From IMG/VR virus record IMGVR_UViG_3300036884_000676: DNA of 64,000 bases; one strand, written 5' to 3'. Below the pieces are notes generated by a model. The model had not been told where the DNA came from, ran no database searches, and saw nothing but the letters and a program-made list of their open reading frames with translations. Positions 29,027 to 39,127 of the stretch are shown piece by piece; position 1 is the stretch's first letter, and each line of letters starts with the position of its first letter. A program made the translations under genes and the position numbers. Origin of the DNA: a virus (lineage: Duplodnaviria; Heunggongvirae; Uroviricota; Caudoviricetes).

Positions 29027-29518
29027 ATGATAAATATGATATTAGATTATGACAATTTTTTAAACGAGATAAACACTAATCAACAACCAGTAGCAGCTAA
29101 ACCAGCACCAGTTGCCAAACCAGCCACACCAGTTGTTGCTAAACCTGTGTCGACTACTAAACCAGTTGTTGCTAAACCTGTTTCTAAATCCGTAGAACAA
29201 CCTAAACCCGTAGAACAACCTAAACCCGTAGAACAACCTAAACCCGTAGAACAACCTAAACCAGTTTCGAAACCTGTAAATCAACCTAAACCTGTCACAT
29301 CCAATCAACAACCGAAACCGACTATAAATAATACAGCTGACGTAGAAAAAAAGATTTTAACACATATAACGAACTTATTCGATACCATTAAAAAGAAAAT
29401 ATCTGGGAAAAAAGAACCCACAACTCCTGAACAAACTAAGGAACAACCAAAAGAGCAACCGACTGAACAAACTAAACAACAACCAACTGAACAAAAACAA
29501 GAAACACCAATATTATGA
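29027..29518 (+). CDS. CTS-bearing low-complexity Pro/Lys/Gln protein
   Basis: MILDYDNFLNE; KPVEQP repeats. Confidence 0.65.
   Translation: MINMILDYDNFLNEINTNQQPVAAKPAPVAKPATPVVAKPVSTTKPVVAKPVSKSVEQPKPVEQPKPVEQPKPVEQPKPVSKPVNQPKPVTSNQQPKPTINNTADVEKKILTHITNLFDTIKKKISGKKEPTTPEQTKEQPKEQPTEQTKQQPTEQKQETPIL
29191..29262 (+). repeat. 18-nt perfect tandem repeat x4
   Basis: cgtagaacaacctaaacc x4, in frame (VEQPKP). Confidence 0.95.
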
Positions 29519-29898
29519 TAACGAAATTTCAAGATTTTCTCAATGAGGATAATGATATTCAAAAAAGAATATTGGATAGAATAAATAGGGAATTTGATAA
29601 GATAAGGTCAAAAATGCCACCAAGAGAAGAACAATCAAGTCCACCAGAAAAGATAGAACCTGAGAAAAATAAAGAGGGGAAAAAGGTCTCAAAAGCAAAA
29701 GAACCAAAACTCAAACCAGAAGAATCAAGATTTGATGATAAAAGATTAGATGATGCCTTTATTGCCCTGAAAGCTATGGGATATACCGAAAAGGCAATTA
29801 TTGAATTTTTGAATAGGATAGAATTAGAAACGACTGATACAGCCGATAGTATTGTTGAGTATGGTGTTAGTAACGCTAAAAAGGTTCATTTATTCTAA
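29515..29898 (+). CDS. CTS-bearing protein with RuvA-C-terminal-like helical domain
   Basis: MITKFQDFLNE; DDAFIALKAMGYTEKAI resembles the RuvA domain III A..AL..LGY motif. Confidence 0.6.
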   Translation: MITKFQDFLNEDNDIQKRILDRINREFDKIRSKMPPREEQSSPPEKIEPEKNKEGKKVSKAKEPKLKPEESRFDDKRLDDAFIALKAMGYTEKAIIEFLNRIELETTDTADSIVEYGVSNAKKVHLF

Positions 29899-29933
29899 AA
29901 ATTTTTTTATTTCAATAAACTTTCGTACCTTTG
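29899..29933 (+). promoter_or_regulatory. early promoter
   Basis: AATTTTTTTATTT...TCGTACCTTTG. Confidence 0.7.
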
Positions 29934-29955
29934 TATGATATTTTTTCATAATATA

Positions 29956-30210
29956 ATGAACTCAGAATTAAAAAGAAGGTTTTTCCTTCAGAAAATTGAA
30001 GATTTCAAATCAGATAATTGTCAACCATATCCGACAGTTATTTGTGAAATGGAGCGATCTAATATTATTGAAATAATAAGAAAAAATGTTCTTTTTTCAA
30101 CTATAATGAAACCGTGTACTTCATCTAATTTTAATCCAGAAGTAAAAGAAGTATTAGGAAAAGCATCAAATGACTTTGGTGATTTATATATTTTAGTATA
30201 TCCGAATTAA
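29956..30210 (+). CDS. hypothetical early protein
   Basis: Likely start 29956, since ATG 29935 abuts the -7 box. Confidence 0.55.
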   Translation: MNSELKRRFFLQKIEDFKSDNCQPYPTVICEMERSNIIEIIRKNVLFSTIMKPCTSSNFNPEVKEVLGKASNDFGDLYILVYPN

Positions 30211-30944
30211 TCCTCAAATTTTTCGATCCCAATTACATTGTATTTTCCATCCTCTTTCAGAGTAATTTCATTTTCATCTGGAAAATATAAGTTATTTATA
30301 ATAGTTTCATTTACATCTATTTGATCTTTTGTTGTTTCTATTTCAACAATGAATCCGTTGTGATCTTCATTCGCCATTATTGAATTCAGAAAATCATGAT
30401 CTATATCTCCTTTTCTTGTAACATAATGTACACCCAATTGATGCTGTTTAATTTTACTTTCATCTTCCACATCAAGATATCTGAATAAGTGTAACTGACT
30501 TGGAATATTCTTGAATCCTATTGGATAATTTAATTCTGTTTTATCCAAACAATTCTGAATACTTTGTTCGGCTGTCCAACCCACTTGACTACTATCGGTT
30601 AAAGTTGCCATTATTTTTTCCAAATCCAGTTTGGTTATATTACCGAAAGATTTTACAGTATGTTTTTTTGGTTCTTTTAACAATATAGGAACATCACTTT
30701 TTTTGATTATGAAATCATATTCAAAATAATCGAATTTTCTATATTTTATCTTATTCAGTTTGAATTTGGTTCTCAATATTCCGGCATTTTCCCTACCATT
30801 TGTGAATATCAAAACTTCATCATTCTTTAATCTATTTAAATATTTTCCCCAATTCTTTTTTACATCACTATAAGAATAAATAGTAAATCCATCTTTCTCT
30901 TTTGCTTCATTAATAAAATTTTCAAATAGTAATAAATATTTCAT
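30207..30944 (-). CDS. CTS-bearing protein with ADP-ribosyltransferase-like C-terminal domain
   Basis: MKYLLLFENFINE; LFRYL...LGVHY...DENEITL (R...ExE); late motif 30949-30959. Confidence 0.55.
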   Translation of the reverse strand: MKYLLLFENFINEAKEKDGFTIYSYSDVKKNWGKYLNRLKNDEVLIFTNGRENAGILRTKFKLNKIKYRKFDYFEYDFIIKKSDVPILLKEPKKHTVKSFGNITKLDLEKIMATLTDSSQVGWTAEQSIQNCLDKTELNYPIGFKNIPSQLHLFRYLDVEDESKIKQHQLGVHYVTRKGDIDHDFLNSIMANEDHNGFIVEIETTKDQIDVNETIINNLYFPDENEITLKEDGKYNVIGIEKFED

Positions 30945-31004
30945 GATGATATATATTAAAAGTGGTTTGTGAAATTAATATATAACGAAAAACAATTCTT
31001 TCTC

Positions 31005-31427
31005 ATGAAAAATCTAAAAACATTCATTGAATTTATAAATGAAGCTGATGCGAAAACTGCTTTAAATGTAATAGGTAGTAAAGAACAGCAGAAAACAGAT
31101 GTCAATCAAGATAGAAAAACTCCTGAGGGTGAGAAAGAACAAAAATTTCAACAGAAAACTAAAAATCAGGCACTCACCAGAACAGATGAATTAGAAAAAG
31201 CAGCTAAAGACATTGATACCAGACAACAGACAGCCAACAAAAGAATGGATGATATAACATTAAAACAAGATTTATTACCAGATGATCCAAATAAAAGGAA
31301 AGAGTTTTTAGATTCCACAAAGAATGATCTAAAAGATGTTGAGGGAGAACTTAATAACGCGGAACAACAAAGAAAATCACTTCAAAAACAAAAAGATAGG
31401 ATCAAAAATAACTTTTTAAAGAAGTAA
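31005..31427 (+). CDS. CTS-bearing coiled-coil protein
   Basis: Start 31005, MKNLKTFIEFINEA; late motif 30975-30985. Confidence 0.7.
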   Translation: MKNLKTFIEFINEADAKTALNVIGSKEQQKTDVNQDRKTPEGEKEQKFQQKTKNQALTRTDELEKAAKDIDTRQQTANKRMDDITLKQDLLPDDPNKRKEFLDSTKNDLKDVEGELNNAEQQRKSLQKQKDRIKNNFLKK

Positions 31428-31472
31428 GTTCTACTACATTTAATATATAACTAAAAACACCCCATCTAATTA

Positions 31473-34400
31473 ATGGCTAAAATAGACGAAAAATATGTAG
31501 AATCCCTAAACAATTATAGCAAGTCGTTGGAACAAGTGGTCGAACTTTTGCAACAACAGGTTAAGAATAAGGATACAGATATTGTTGAAACCATGCTAAA
31601 AAATATGGATGGTGATAAATTAAAAAAGATAGTTGATGACCTTAAAGAAATAAACGAAACCTCAAAGAAAATTGAATCTAAACAAGATAAGATTTTACAA
31701 GAGATAAAAGACATAAAGAAACAAAAGGAATCTGGAATGTTTGGTCAGGTTTCAGATCCGAAAAATAAAAATAAAATAGTAGATGGAATTAAAGTCATCG
31801 GTTTGATAGCCGGTGGAGTTTTAGCAATCGGGTTAGCTTTTAAAATTATTGGTCGTGTGGATGTTCTTTCTGTTATCGCTTTAGGTTTATCTATCTCGGT
31901 TATGGTGGCCACATTTGCTTATGTCAATGAGAAAATAAAAGAACCCGACATTAAGAAAACATCTCTTATAGGTGGAATGATGATTATTGTCGCTTCCGCT
32001 ATAACTGTTTCCAGTTGGATATTAAGATCAGCTGCCCCAATAAGTTTGAGAACGGCCCTATCAATAACATTCACATCATTGGCTGTTGGAAGTTCAATAT
32101 TCATGATGTCTAAATTAATGGAAAAAACAAAAATAACTCCAAGAGTAGTATTTGGATTCTTATTATTACCATTCTTAGCTCCAATTGTTTCGATGGCCAT
32201 AGTTACATCAAGTCATATATTATCAATGACTAAACCATTAGACATGAAGATTGTTGGGAGTGTTCTATTCACTTCATTAGCCCTTGGTATCGCTCTTTAT
32301 GGAATGACCAAGGCATTATCTCAATTAACATGGAAAGGGGCCTTAATCGCTATGTTAGGAAAGGGGGCTATATTAACTATTTTAATTGGTGCCGTCGCTG
32401 GTGGAATTGTTCTCGCTTCTTGGTTATTTAGTAAAATATCTCCAATATCATTAATGCAAGGGGTTACGGCTATTTTCGTAGCGGTAACATTAGGTATTAC
32501 TCTATTCTTAATGAGTAAGGTTATGAAATATGTACAACACATGACCCCAGATAAAGCTGTAACAGTCGGATTAGTGATGTTGGCAATAGCTGGTGTTATA
32601 CCAGTTGCCAGTTGGTTATTGAGTAAAACAGAAGTATTCTCATATTCCTTTGCACTTAAATTGGCTGTTACAGGGTTGGCTATTGGAATTGCTATATTAG
32701 CTATATCACCATCTTTCTACATCTTAAAGAAGGCTGGTATAAAATACGAAGATATTTTAAAACTTGGATTGACCGCCATCGCGATAGCCGCTGTAATTGT
32801 GGCTATAAGTCATATATTACCTCTCGGAAATTATACAGGACCATATCCGGGATGGGAATGGTCTTTGGAAGTTGGATTATCATTGGCTGTTTTCGGTGGA
32901 GCAATGTATTTGATTAGTAAATTTTCTGACCCTGTAAAAATGGCACTTGGTGGTCTTGGAGTTTTAATGATATCTGCTACAATTATGTTATCAAGTTGGG
33001 TTCTTTCAGCTGGTAATTATGATAAATATCCAAAATTAGAATGGTCAGAAGGAGTGGGATTGTCATTAGTGGCTTTTGGTGGTAGTATGGCTTTATTAGG
33101 ATGGATGTTTATGAGTGGAGTTGGAATCGCGGCTTTTGCACTTGGCGGACTTGGTGTTTTAATGGTATCAGCAGCAATTATGTTATCAAGTTGGATTCTT
33201 TCTGTTGGTAAATATGGAACATATCCAGATTTAGAATGGTCTAAGGGAGTTGGTCTTTCATTAGTAACATTTGGGGTAAGTATGTCCTTATTAGGATGGA
33301 TGATTCTTGGATCATTTGGATTAGGAATGGGTGCTTTGGCTCTTGGTACTATCGGTACACTCATGGTAGCCAATACCATTGTTGAAGTTTCTAAAATAAT
33401 ATCAAGAGGAAATTATACAAGAGGTCCTGATGCTAAATGGGCAGCTGGTACTGGTTTATTCATTACAACTGTTGGTACATCTATGATGTTATTAGGTGGA
33501 TTAGTAATGGGAACATTGGGAATGGGAATGATCGCTTTATTAATCGGTAGAGAAGCCACATACATGATAGCTAATACAATTGTTGATATATCTAAGGCTT
33601 TAGCTGGTGGTTCATACGGTTCGATTATCCCTTTAGATTGGGTGATATCTACTGGAATGTTGATAACAACGGTGGGAGCATCAATGTTATTAATGGGTTC
33701 TATGATAATGGGGACATTGGGTCTTGGTTGGTTAGCACTTAAAATCGGATCAGCTGGAACATATTTGATAGCAGATACAATTGTCAGAGTATCTAAAAAA
33801 TTATCAGAGGGTGTCTATAAAGGTGGTCCAACAGTAGAATGGGCCAAAGGAGTACAAGCTACTATTTTTGCATTCACTGGAACTATGACAGGATTAGATA
33901 GAATAAGTGATAAAGATTTTAGTTTATTGTCGAAATTAGGGGATTCAATAGTTGATTTTCTACAAAAAATAGATAGATATACTGGAAAAAGTAATATTCC
34001 TGAAATATCAACTAATATTGGTATGTTGGTTAAAAATTTACCATCAAGAGGGGTTGGATCTGAATTGGAATCAGTCGCTAATTCTATAATGAAAATATCA
34101 AATGCGGGATTAACAACGGCAAATGCCATTGATAGTTTATCGAGATCATTAAAACATTTGGATGACACTTTGAGGGGTACAGATATGGAAAGTTTCCAGA
34201 AGTTGGCAAAATTCTCAAGTACATTCACTACTATTTCATTAATAGATGATATGAAATTACAAAAAGCCATTGATACGATTAAAAATAGAAGTCTTGATAT
34301 AACAACCGTTATAGATGATAATTCTTCAAGATTTACTAATGTAACAGTTCCATATGCACCGGGAACAGTTCCTACTATCAACTCTCCGTTCTTAGATACA

Positions 34401-34553
34401 GATAAATTGTATGATCCATTGAGTGATTTAGTTTCATATAATAAAAATATAGATAAAAATATTCAAGAATTATTGAAAATACAGAAAGATTCTGTTGATA
34501 ATTCTGGAGATTATACTGTGAGTTCAGCTTCAAGAATAGGTAATCGTTCCTAA
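31473..34553 (+). CDS. tape-measure-like protein with hydrophobic repeats
   Basis: 1026 aa; coiled-coil N-terminus; about six 65-67-aa repeats GxY..P..W..GVGL; late motif 31440-31450. Confidence 0.55.
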   Translation: MAKIDEKYVESLNNYSKSLEQVVELLQQQVKNKDTDIVETMLKNMDGDKLKKIVDDLKEINETSKKIESKQDKILQEIKDIKKQKESGMFGQVSDPKNKNKIVDGIKVIGLIAGGVLAIGLAFKIIGRVDVLSVIALGLSISVMVATFAYVNEKIKEPDIKKTSLIGGMMIIVASAITVSSWILRSAAPISLRTALSITFTSLAVGSSIFMMSKLMEKTKITPRVVFGFLLLPFLAPIVSMAIVTSSHILSMTKPLDMKIVGSVLFTSLALGIALYGMTKALSQLTWKGALIAMLGKGAILTILIGAVAGGIVLASWLFSKISPISLMQGVTAIFVAVTLGITLFLMSKVMKYVQHMTPDKAVTVGLVMLAIAGVIPVASWLLSKTEVFSYSFALKLAVTGLAIGIAILAISPSFYILKKAGIKYEDILKLGLTAIAIAAVIVAISHILPLGNYTGPYPGWEWSLEVGLSLAVFGGAMYLISKFSDPVKMALGGLGVLMISATIMLSSWVLSAGNYDKYPKLEWSEGVGLSLVAFGGSMALLGWMFMSGVGIAAFALGGLGVLMVSAAIMLSSWILSVGKYGTYPDLEWSKGVGLSLVTFGVSMSLLGWMILGSFGLGMGALALGTIGTLMVANTIVEVSKIISRGNYTRGPDAKWAAGTGLFITTVGTSMMLLGGLVMGTLGMGMIALLIGREATYMIANTIVDISKALAGGSYGSIIPLDWVISTGMLITTVGASMLLMGSMIMGTLGLGWLALKIGSAGTYLIADTIVRVSKKLSEGVYKGGPTVEWAKGVQATIFAFTGTMTGLDRISDKDFSLLSKLGDSIVDFLQKIDRYTGKSNIPEISTNIGMLVKNLPSRGVGSELESVANSIMKISNAGLTTANAIDSLSRSLKHLDDTLRGTDMESFQKLAKFSSTFTTISLIDDMKLQKAIDTIKNRSLDITTVIDDNSSRFTNVTVPYAPGTVPTINSPFLDTDKLYDPLSDLVSYNKNIDKNIQELLKIQKDSVDNSGDYTVSSASRIGNRS

Positions 34554-34610
34554 TATTTTATAAACAAACCTCGGATTTTTGATATATAATTCAAAAAAGA
34601 TTTTCTATAT

Positions 34611-35039
34611 ATGTTTAGAAAAATAAAAAATTATTATACCTATCGTAAAATTATCAAACAGAATCTACCAACATTAACATCGAGATATAATTTGAAGTTT
34701 GATCCCGTTTATGGAAGATTATGGACTGTTTTTAATTTACCATTAGAAAATCATGAAACTGTTCGTAAATATGGTTATCGTTATCTGGATGATCAGGTAA
34801 AAAAGTATATCAGTTCATTACAAATATATTTCTGGGATATTGGTCTTGGTGAATTAATATCAATAAGAAAAACAGATATGATTGATACGGTCAATGTCTT
34901 AATTGTTTTTCGATATAAATATCACGGATCTCAAACACTCTTATATACAGCTATAATTTTAGCTTCTATCATAGGTGGAAGCATATTAATCGGTGGATTA
35001 GTAAAATTGATGATCTTTTTGTTCGGATTGATTTTTTAA
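34611..35039 (+). CDS. hypothetical protein with C-terminal membrane anchor
   Basis: Hydrophobic C-terminal ~35 aa. Confidence 0.65.
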   Translation: MFRKIKNYYTYRKIIKQNLPTLTSRYNLKFDPVYGRLWTVFNLPLENHETVRKYGYRYLDDQVKKYISSLQIYFWDIGLGELISIRKTDMIDTVNVLIVFRYKYHGSQTLLYTAIILASIIGGSILIGGLVKLMIFLFGLIF

Positions 35040-35041
35040 TA

Positions 35042-35275
35042 ATGGAATACACAGAGGAAAATATTTTTGATTGGTATAATTTACAACCAATTGATAACCC
35101 TTTATCAGAATGTTTCGGATGTGAAGCTAATATGTGTGATTATGGTTCAAGAATACCATATTGTACTATGGATCAATACGATTATAAAGCTGGAAATTGG
35201 AAACCCAATTTTGAAGATTCTGTGAATAGATGGAGAGAAATGAAACTTAATGAAATTTTAAACGAAGAATCTTAA
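35042..35275 (+). CDS. small Cys-containing hypothetical protein
   Basis: CFGC...C...C; ends REMKLNEILNE. Confidence 0.6.
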   Translation: MEYTEENIFDWYNLQPIDNPLSECFGCEANMCDYGSRIPYCTMDQYDYKAGNWKPNFEDSVNRWREMKLNEILNEES

Positions 35276-35321
35276 ACTTTTAATTTTAGTAGGAATATAA
35301 ATTTAAAAATAATTTTCAATT

Positions 35322-35786
35322 ATGGCAGAATTACAAAAAACAAGTGAAGATGTTATTCAATATTTTGAAAACATAGAAAAAAATTTAGCACATGCTTTTG
35401 ATGTGAAGTATGTCTTTGTGACAAATGACAAATCAAAGAAGTTAATTAAGGTAAGTAAATTATCAGATCCGTTTTTATTTTTATTGAACGCTCATATTTT
35501 AGTTACTTTCAATGAAAAATTCTTTGAAAATTTCGATGACCAAGAAAAAGAAATTCTTATAAGTCAGGAATTGGATAAAATTGAATGTGATGCTGAAAAA
35601 GGTCAAGTAAAAATAAATTCCAATCCGTTAATTTCGACTTCAAGTGGAATCATTGAAAAATTCACCTTGGAACTTGTCAAAAACGCTAATAAATTAGAAC
35701 GAGAATATTTGGCACAATTAAAAGAAAAGGAAAAAGAAGAAAAGGCCGCTAAAGGTGGTGGGAAAAAAGGTAGAAAAAGATTCTAA
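35322..35786 (+). CDS. putative phage metallopeptidase-like protein with degenerate HELxH
   Basis: EILISQELDKI at the position of the usual L..HELxH motif; basic tail. Confidence 0.4.
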   Translation: MAELQKTSEDVIQYFENIEKNLAHAFDVKYVFVTNDKSKKLIKVSKLSDPFLFLLNAHILVTFNEKFFENFDDQEKEILISQELDKIECDAEKGQVKINSNPLISTSSGIIEKFTLELVKNANKLEREYLAQLKEKEKEEKAAKGGGKKGRKRF

Positions 35787-35807
35787 AATAAAATAAATAA
35801 GGAAATT

Positions 35808-36152
35808 ATGGAATACGAAATCGAATGGGAAGATGTCATGGAATATTTAGAAAAACATTCAATATCTTTGTCTGAAAAAGATAGTGTATTAGATGCTATT
35901 AATTACGACATAGATGATATTATTGAATATCTCGAAAATCATGATATATCGGATTCAGATACAAATGAAATATTAGAAGCCGTAGATCACACTTGTAAAG
36001 AGATTGTCGAAGAAGAACCATATGGTCTAAAATTACCAACTGAAAATTTAAATGATGAATGTAGATTCGATATCGTAAGAAATTTATACAACAATTTAAC
36101 CTTAGAAGAACTACAAGATATTGAAAATAAAATCAAGATAAGAATTATCTAA
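35808..36152 (+). CDS. acidic hypothetical protein with internal duplication
   Basis: EYLEKHSIS / EYLENHDIS repeats. Confidence 0.65.
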   Translation: MEYEIEWEDVMEYLEKHSISLSEKDSVLDAINYDIDDIIEYLENHDISDSDTNEILEAVDHTCKEIVEEEPYGLKLPTENLNDECRFDIVRNLYNNLTLEELQDIENKIKIRII

Positions 36153-36159
36153 AAAATAA

Positions 36160-37068
36160 ATGAATAAGAAAATGGAAGAGAAAGAATTAAAGGACTTCGC
36201 ATTAACAGAAGGGGAATACAACAAATACAAAGACGCTGAAATTAAAACATCCTTAGAAGATCTTGAAAAATTTGATTTTTCGAGTGATGCTCAACTTAAT
36301 TTAGATGAATATGCTGAAATGGTTCATCTTTTAGAATTAACTCAAAACCCAACCGAAGAAAAAAGAGAAGCTCTTAAAGCACAAGATGCTGAGAATGTTA
36401 TCTTGAAAGAAGGAGAAAAATTTGTAGGGAAAGAAGTTGTCGAACAATTTGAAAAAGAAAGACAAAGACTAAAAGATTTTCTTCGTAAATACGAAGTAAA
36501 TACCGAATTAGTCAAGAATATGAGTGAACCAGAAAAAAATAAACTTTATGAAATAGCCAATTTCTTATTCAGTAATTTTCAAAAGCTACATAATAATTTG
36601 AACATTATATTTCCACTATCCATTGAAGAATTTAAATTTGTCAATGAGGTTATCACAAAGAAATTAGATTATGACAGGGATGGTTGTTTTCAAGTAAAAG
36701 AACTTAAAGAAACATATCTGAATCATTATCCAAAATTCATTAAGAGTGATGTTAATGTTACCGATATGGGAACTATAATCAACATCAATACTCTTATGAT
36801 TTTATATCACCACATAACCAGATATAAAGTTAAAGGAGCTCAAACTGAATTTGATTTATTCATCAGTATGGTTACAAAGATGGAAGAAAGACTTATGTTA
36901 TACAACGCTTATAAAATTTTAACAGAGAGATTGAGTCAAGAATTCGTGGTATGGGGTGGTGCAATTTCAGTAGATGAAGAATCTGTTGTTGGTAATACTG
37001 GTCAACCACAAACTGAAGTTAAAGATGAATTAAAAGTAGTTGATGAAGTAACAGGAAAAGAAAAATAA
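36160..37068 (+). CDS. hypothetical protein
   Basis: 302-aa ORF in operon. Confidence 0.75.
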   Translation: MNKKMEEKELKDFALTEGEYNKYKDAEIKTSLEDLEKFDFSSDAQLNLDEYAEMVHLLELTQNPTEEKREALKAQDAENVILKEGEKFVGKEVVEQFEKERQRLKDFLRKYEVNTELVKNMSEPEKNKLYEIANFLFSNFQKLHNNLNIIFPLSIEEFKFVNEVITKKLDYDRDGCFQVKELKETYLNHYPKFIKSDVNVTDMGTIININTLMILYHHITRYKVKGAQTEFDLFISMVTKMEERLMLYNAYKILTERLSQEFVVWGGAISVDEESVVGNTGQPQTEVKDELKVVDEVTGKEK

Positions 37069-37153
37069 AATGACCGACACACTTTAACACAATCAATTAA
37101 AGCTTTGACCCATATGGATTGAAGCTTTTTTTGTGTAAAACAAAATGAATTAG

Positions 37154-37612
37154 ATGAAAATAAAAGTAGTAAATAAATCAAACAATGAATTACCATCATA
37201 TCAAACCAGTGGATCGGCAGGAATGGATGTGAGGGCTTGGATAGAAAGTCCAATGGGAGAAGTCCCAATGATCATAAGATTAAAACCAATGGAAAGAAAG
37301 ATGATTCAAACAGGACTTTACTTTGAAATTCCAGAGGGTTACGAATTACAAATTAGACCTCGTAGTGGTTTAGCTATCAAAAACGGGATTACTATTATCA
37401 ATACACCCGGTACATTAGATTCTGATTATCGTGGAGAATTATGTATTTTATTAGTGAATTTATCAAATGAAATTTTCGAAATTAATAATGGAGATAGAAT
37501 AGCCCAAATTCTTATTAAACAGTATGAGATTGCTGAATGGGAACAAGTAGAAACTCTTTCAAATAATACAGAAAGAGGTAAGGGAGGTTTCAATTCAACT
37601 GGAATTAAATAA
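37154..37612 (+). CDS. dut: dUTPase (trimeric)
   Basis: GSAGMD, RPRSGLA, NTPGTLDSDYRGE, GDRIAQ and RGKGGFNSTG. Confidence 0.95.
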   Translation: MKIKVVNKSNNELPSYQTSGSAGMDVRAWIESPMGEVPMIIRLKPMERKMIQTGLYFEIPEGYELQIRPRSGLAIKNGITIINTPGTLDSDYRGELCILLVNLSNEIFEINNGDRIAQILIKQYEIAEWEQVETLSNNTERGKGGFNSTGIK

Positions 37613-37634
37613 TATATAAATAAAAAACATAGAT

Positions 37635-38033
37635 ATGATGAAAAAATTATTAATGTATATCGGAATCGTTCTTCTAATGATATTATCTTGTAGTAGTTGT
37701 AGTAAGGATACTGATGATAATGTAATTAGATCTTTACCACTTCAGAGTGGAATAATTACAGATTCAACAATCTGTGTTGATCTTACAAGTCTCTCAAATG
37801 TAACGGGAGTTAAAGTTATACTTCATTTATTACCATCCAAAGTGGATACTTTTACCTCAGTATTACTTTTTGGACAATTTAAAACTGGAATTACTGGATG
37901 TGATACAACAGCAACTTCTGATTGTTCAGTATTTGAATTTTCTTTGAATATGAAAGAAATGAAAACAAAAGCATTATTTAGAGTAAAACCATCGGATAAT
38001 TATCAATCATATCGAGCAGAAGTCAACTATTAA
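37635..38033 (+). CDS. putative lipoprotein
   Basis: MMKKLL + hydrophobic stretch + LSCSSC lipobox. Confidence 0.65.
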   Translation: MMKKLLMYIGIVLLMILSCSSCSKDTDDNVIRSLPLQSGIITDSTICVDLTSLSNVTGVKVILHLLPSKVDTFTSVLLFGQFKTGITGCDTTATSDCSVFEFSLNMKEMKTKALFRVKPSDNYQSYRAEVNY

Positions 38034-38079
38034 AACTTTAACCCATTTTTTCCATATAATATAAAAGAGAATTGATTAT

Positions 38080-38634
38080 ATGGAACATTGTAATTTTAGT
38101 GGTGGTGCAATTGGAAGTGATCTCCTTTTTGAAACTGAGGGTGAAAAATATGGAGTTAAAACAAGAGCATATTCTTTTTATGGTCATGATACTTCGTCAA
38201 AAAATAGATGGGTTCTCACATCTAAACAATTAGAAGAAGGATTTGACCATGTTAAAATAGCCAATAAATCCTTGAAAAGAAATATTACCACAATATCATC
38301 TTATATTAAAAATTTATTAAGTAGAAATTGGTATCAGGTAAAAAATTCAATAGCTATTTATGCCATTGGAACTATTCAAGAAAATATGAAAATAGTTAAT
38401 GGTGGAACTGGTTGGGCTTGTCAAATGGCTATAGATAATCATAAACCAGTTTATGTTTTTGATCAAAATAAAAATAGTTGGTTTATGTTTGATCTTAATA
38501 AATGGGAATTCGATAAAATGAATACAATTCCAGTATTAACAGAAAATTTTGCTGGTATTGGAACTCGTGATATAAATGAAGATGGAAAAAGGGCCATTCA
38601 GGAATTATATAAATCAAATTTAAAAATTAAATAA
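38080..38634 (+). CDS. SLOG/DprA-like Rossmann-fold protein
   Basis: SGGAIGSD, GGTGWACQMA, KPVYVFDQ and FAGIGTR. Confidence 0.65.
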   Translation: MEHCNFSGGAIGSDLLFETEGEKYGVKTRAYSFYGHDTSSKNRWVLTSKQLEEGFDHVKIANKSLKRNITTISSYIKNLLSRNWYQVKNSIAIYAIGTIQENMKIVNGGTGWACQMAIDNHKPVYVFDQNKNSWFMFDLNKWEFDKMNTIPVLTENFAGIGTRDINEDGKRAIQELYKSNLKIK

Positions 38635-38638
38635 CAAA

Positions 38639-38722
38639 ATGGGTTATTTATTAGGTTTTTTAATAGGAATAATTATTATTTTTTTGTTTTTGCTTTTAAT
38701 GGAACATTTAGATGATAAATAA
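38639..38722 (+). CDS. 27-aa hydrophobic peptide (not in ORF track)
   Basis: MGYLLGFLIGIIIIFLFLLLMEHLDDK fills the intergenic gap. Confidence 0.45.
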   Translation: MGYLLGFLIGIIIIFLFLLLMEHLDDK

Positions 38723-38725
38723 TAA

Positions 38726-39127
38726 ATGAAATTTAGAACACACATACAAGCTAAATTATATTTAAAATGGATTAACTTTTGGTATCCTATAAAATTTAAG
38801 TGGAAAGGTCAACATTTAAAAGGGAATCATTCTCGTATAATAAAAGAAGGTGAGATAAATGGTATAATGGATGATAATAAATATACCGTTTTTAAAGAAT
38901 TTTGGACTCAGGAAATGATTGATGACCTAAAAAACATGAAAAGTATGGATGAAGTACTTGAAATGGAAACTGAAATAAATCATAATGAAGAAAGAAAACA
39001 AAAATTAGATTGGATGTTAGATGATAAGAAAATTGAACCAACTGAACCCACTCCTTTTGAATTATCAATAAGTAAAAAAATAAAAGAGAATGCAGAGAAA
39101 TATAGAAATGACAATTTAAAATTATAA
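38726..39127 (+). CDS. hypothetical protein
   Basis: 133 aa; EERKQKLDWML motif. Confidence 0.65.
   Translation: MKFRTHIQAKLYLKWINFWYPIKFKWKGQHLKGNHSRIIKEGEINGIMDDNKYTVFKEFWTQEMIDDLKNMKSMDEVLEMETEINHNEERKQKLDWMLDDKKIEPTEPTPFELSISKKIKENAEKYRNDNLKL

Noticed and set aside
31514-34381. Several antisense ORFs opposite the 1026-aa gene (and similar ones opposite the kinase, dnaK, scaffold and cca)
   Set aside because: Shadow frames of long genes with no promoter motif or recognisable protein features.
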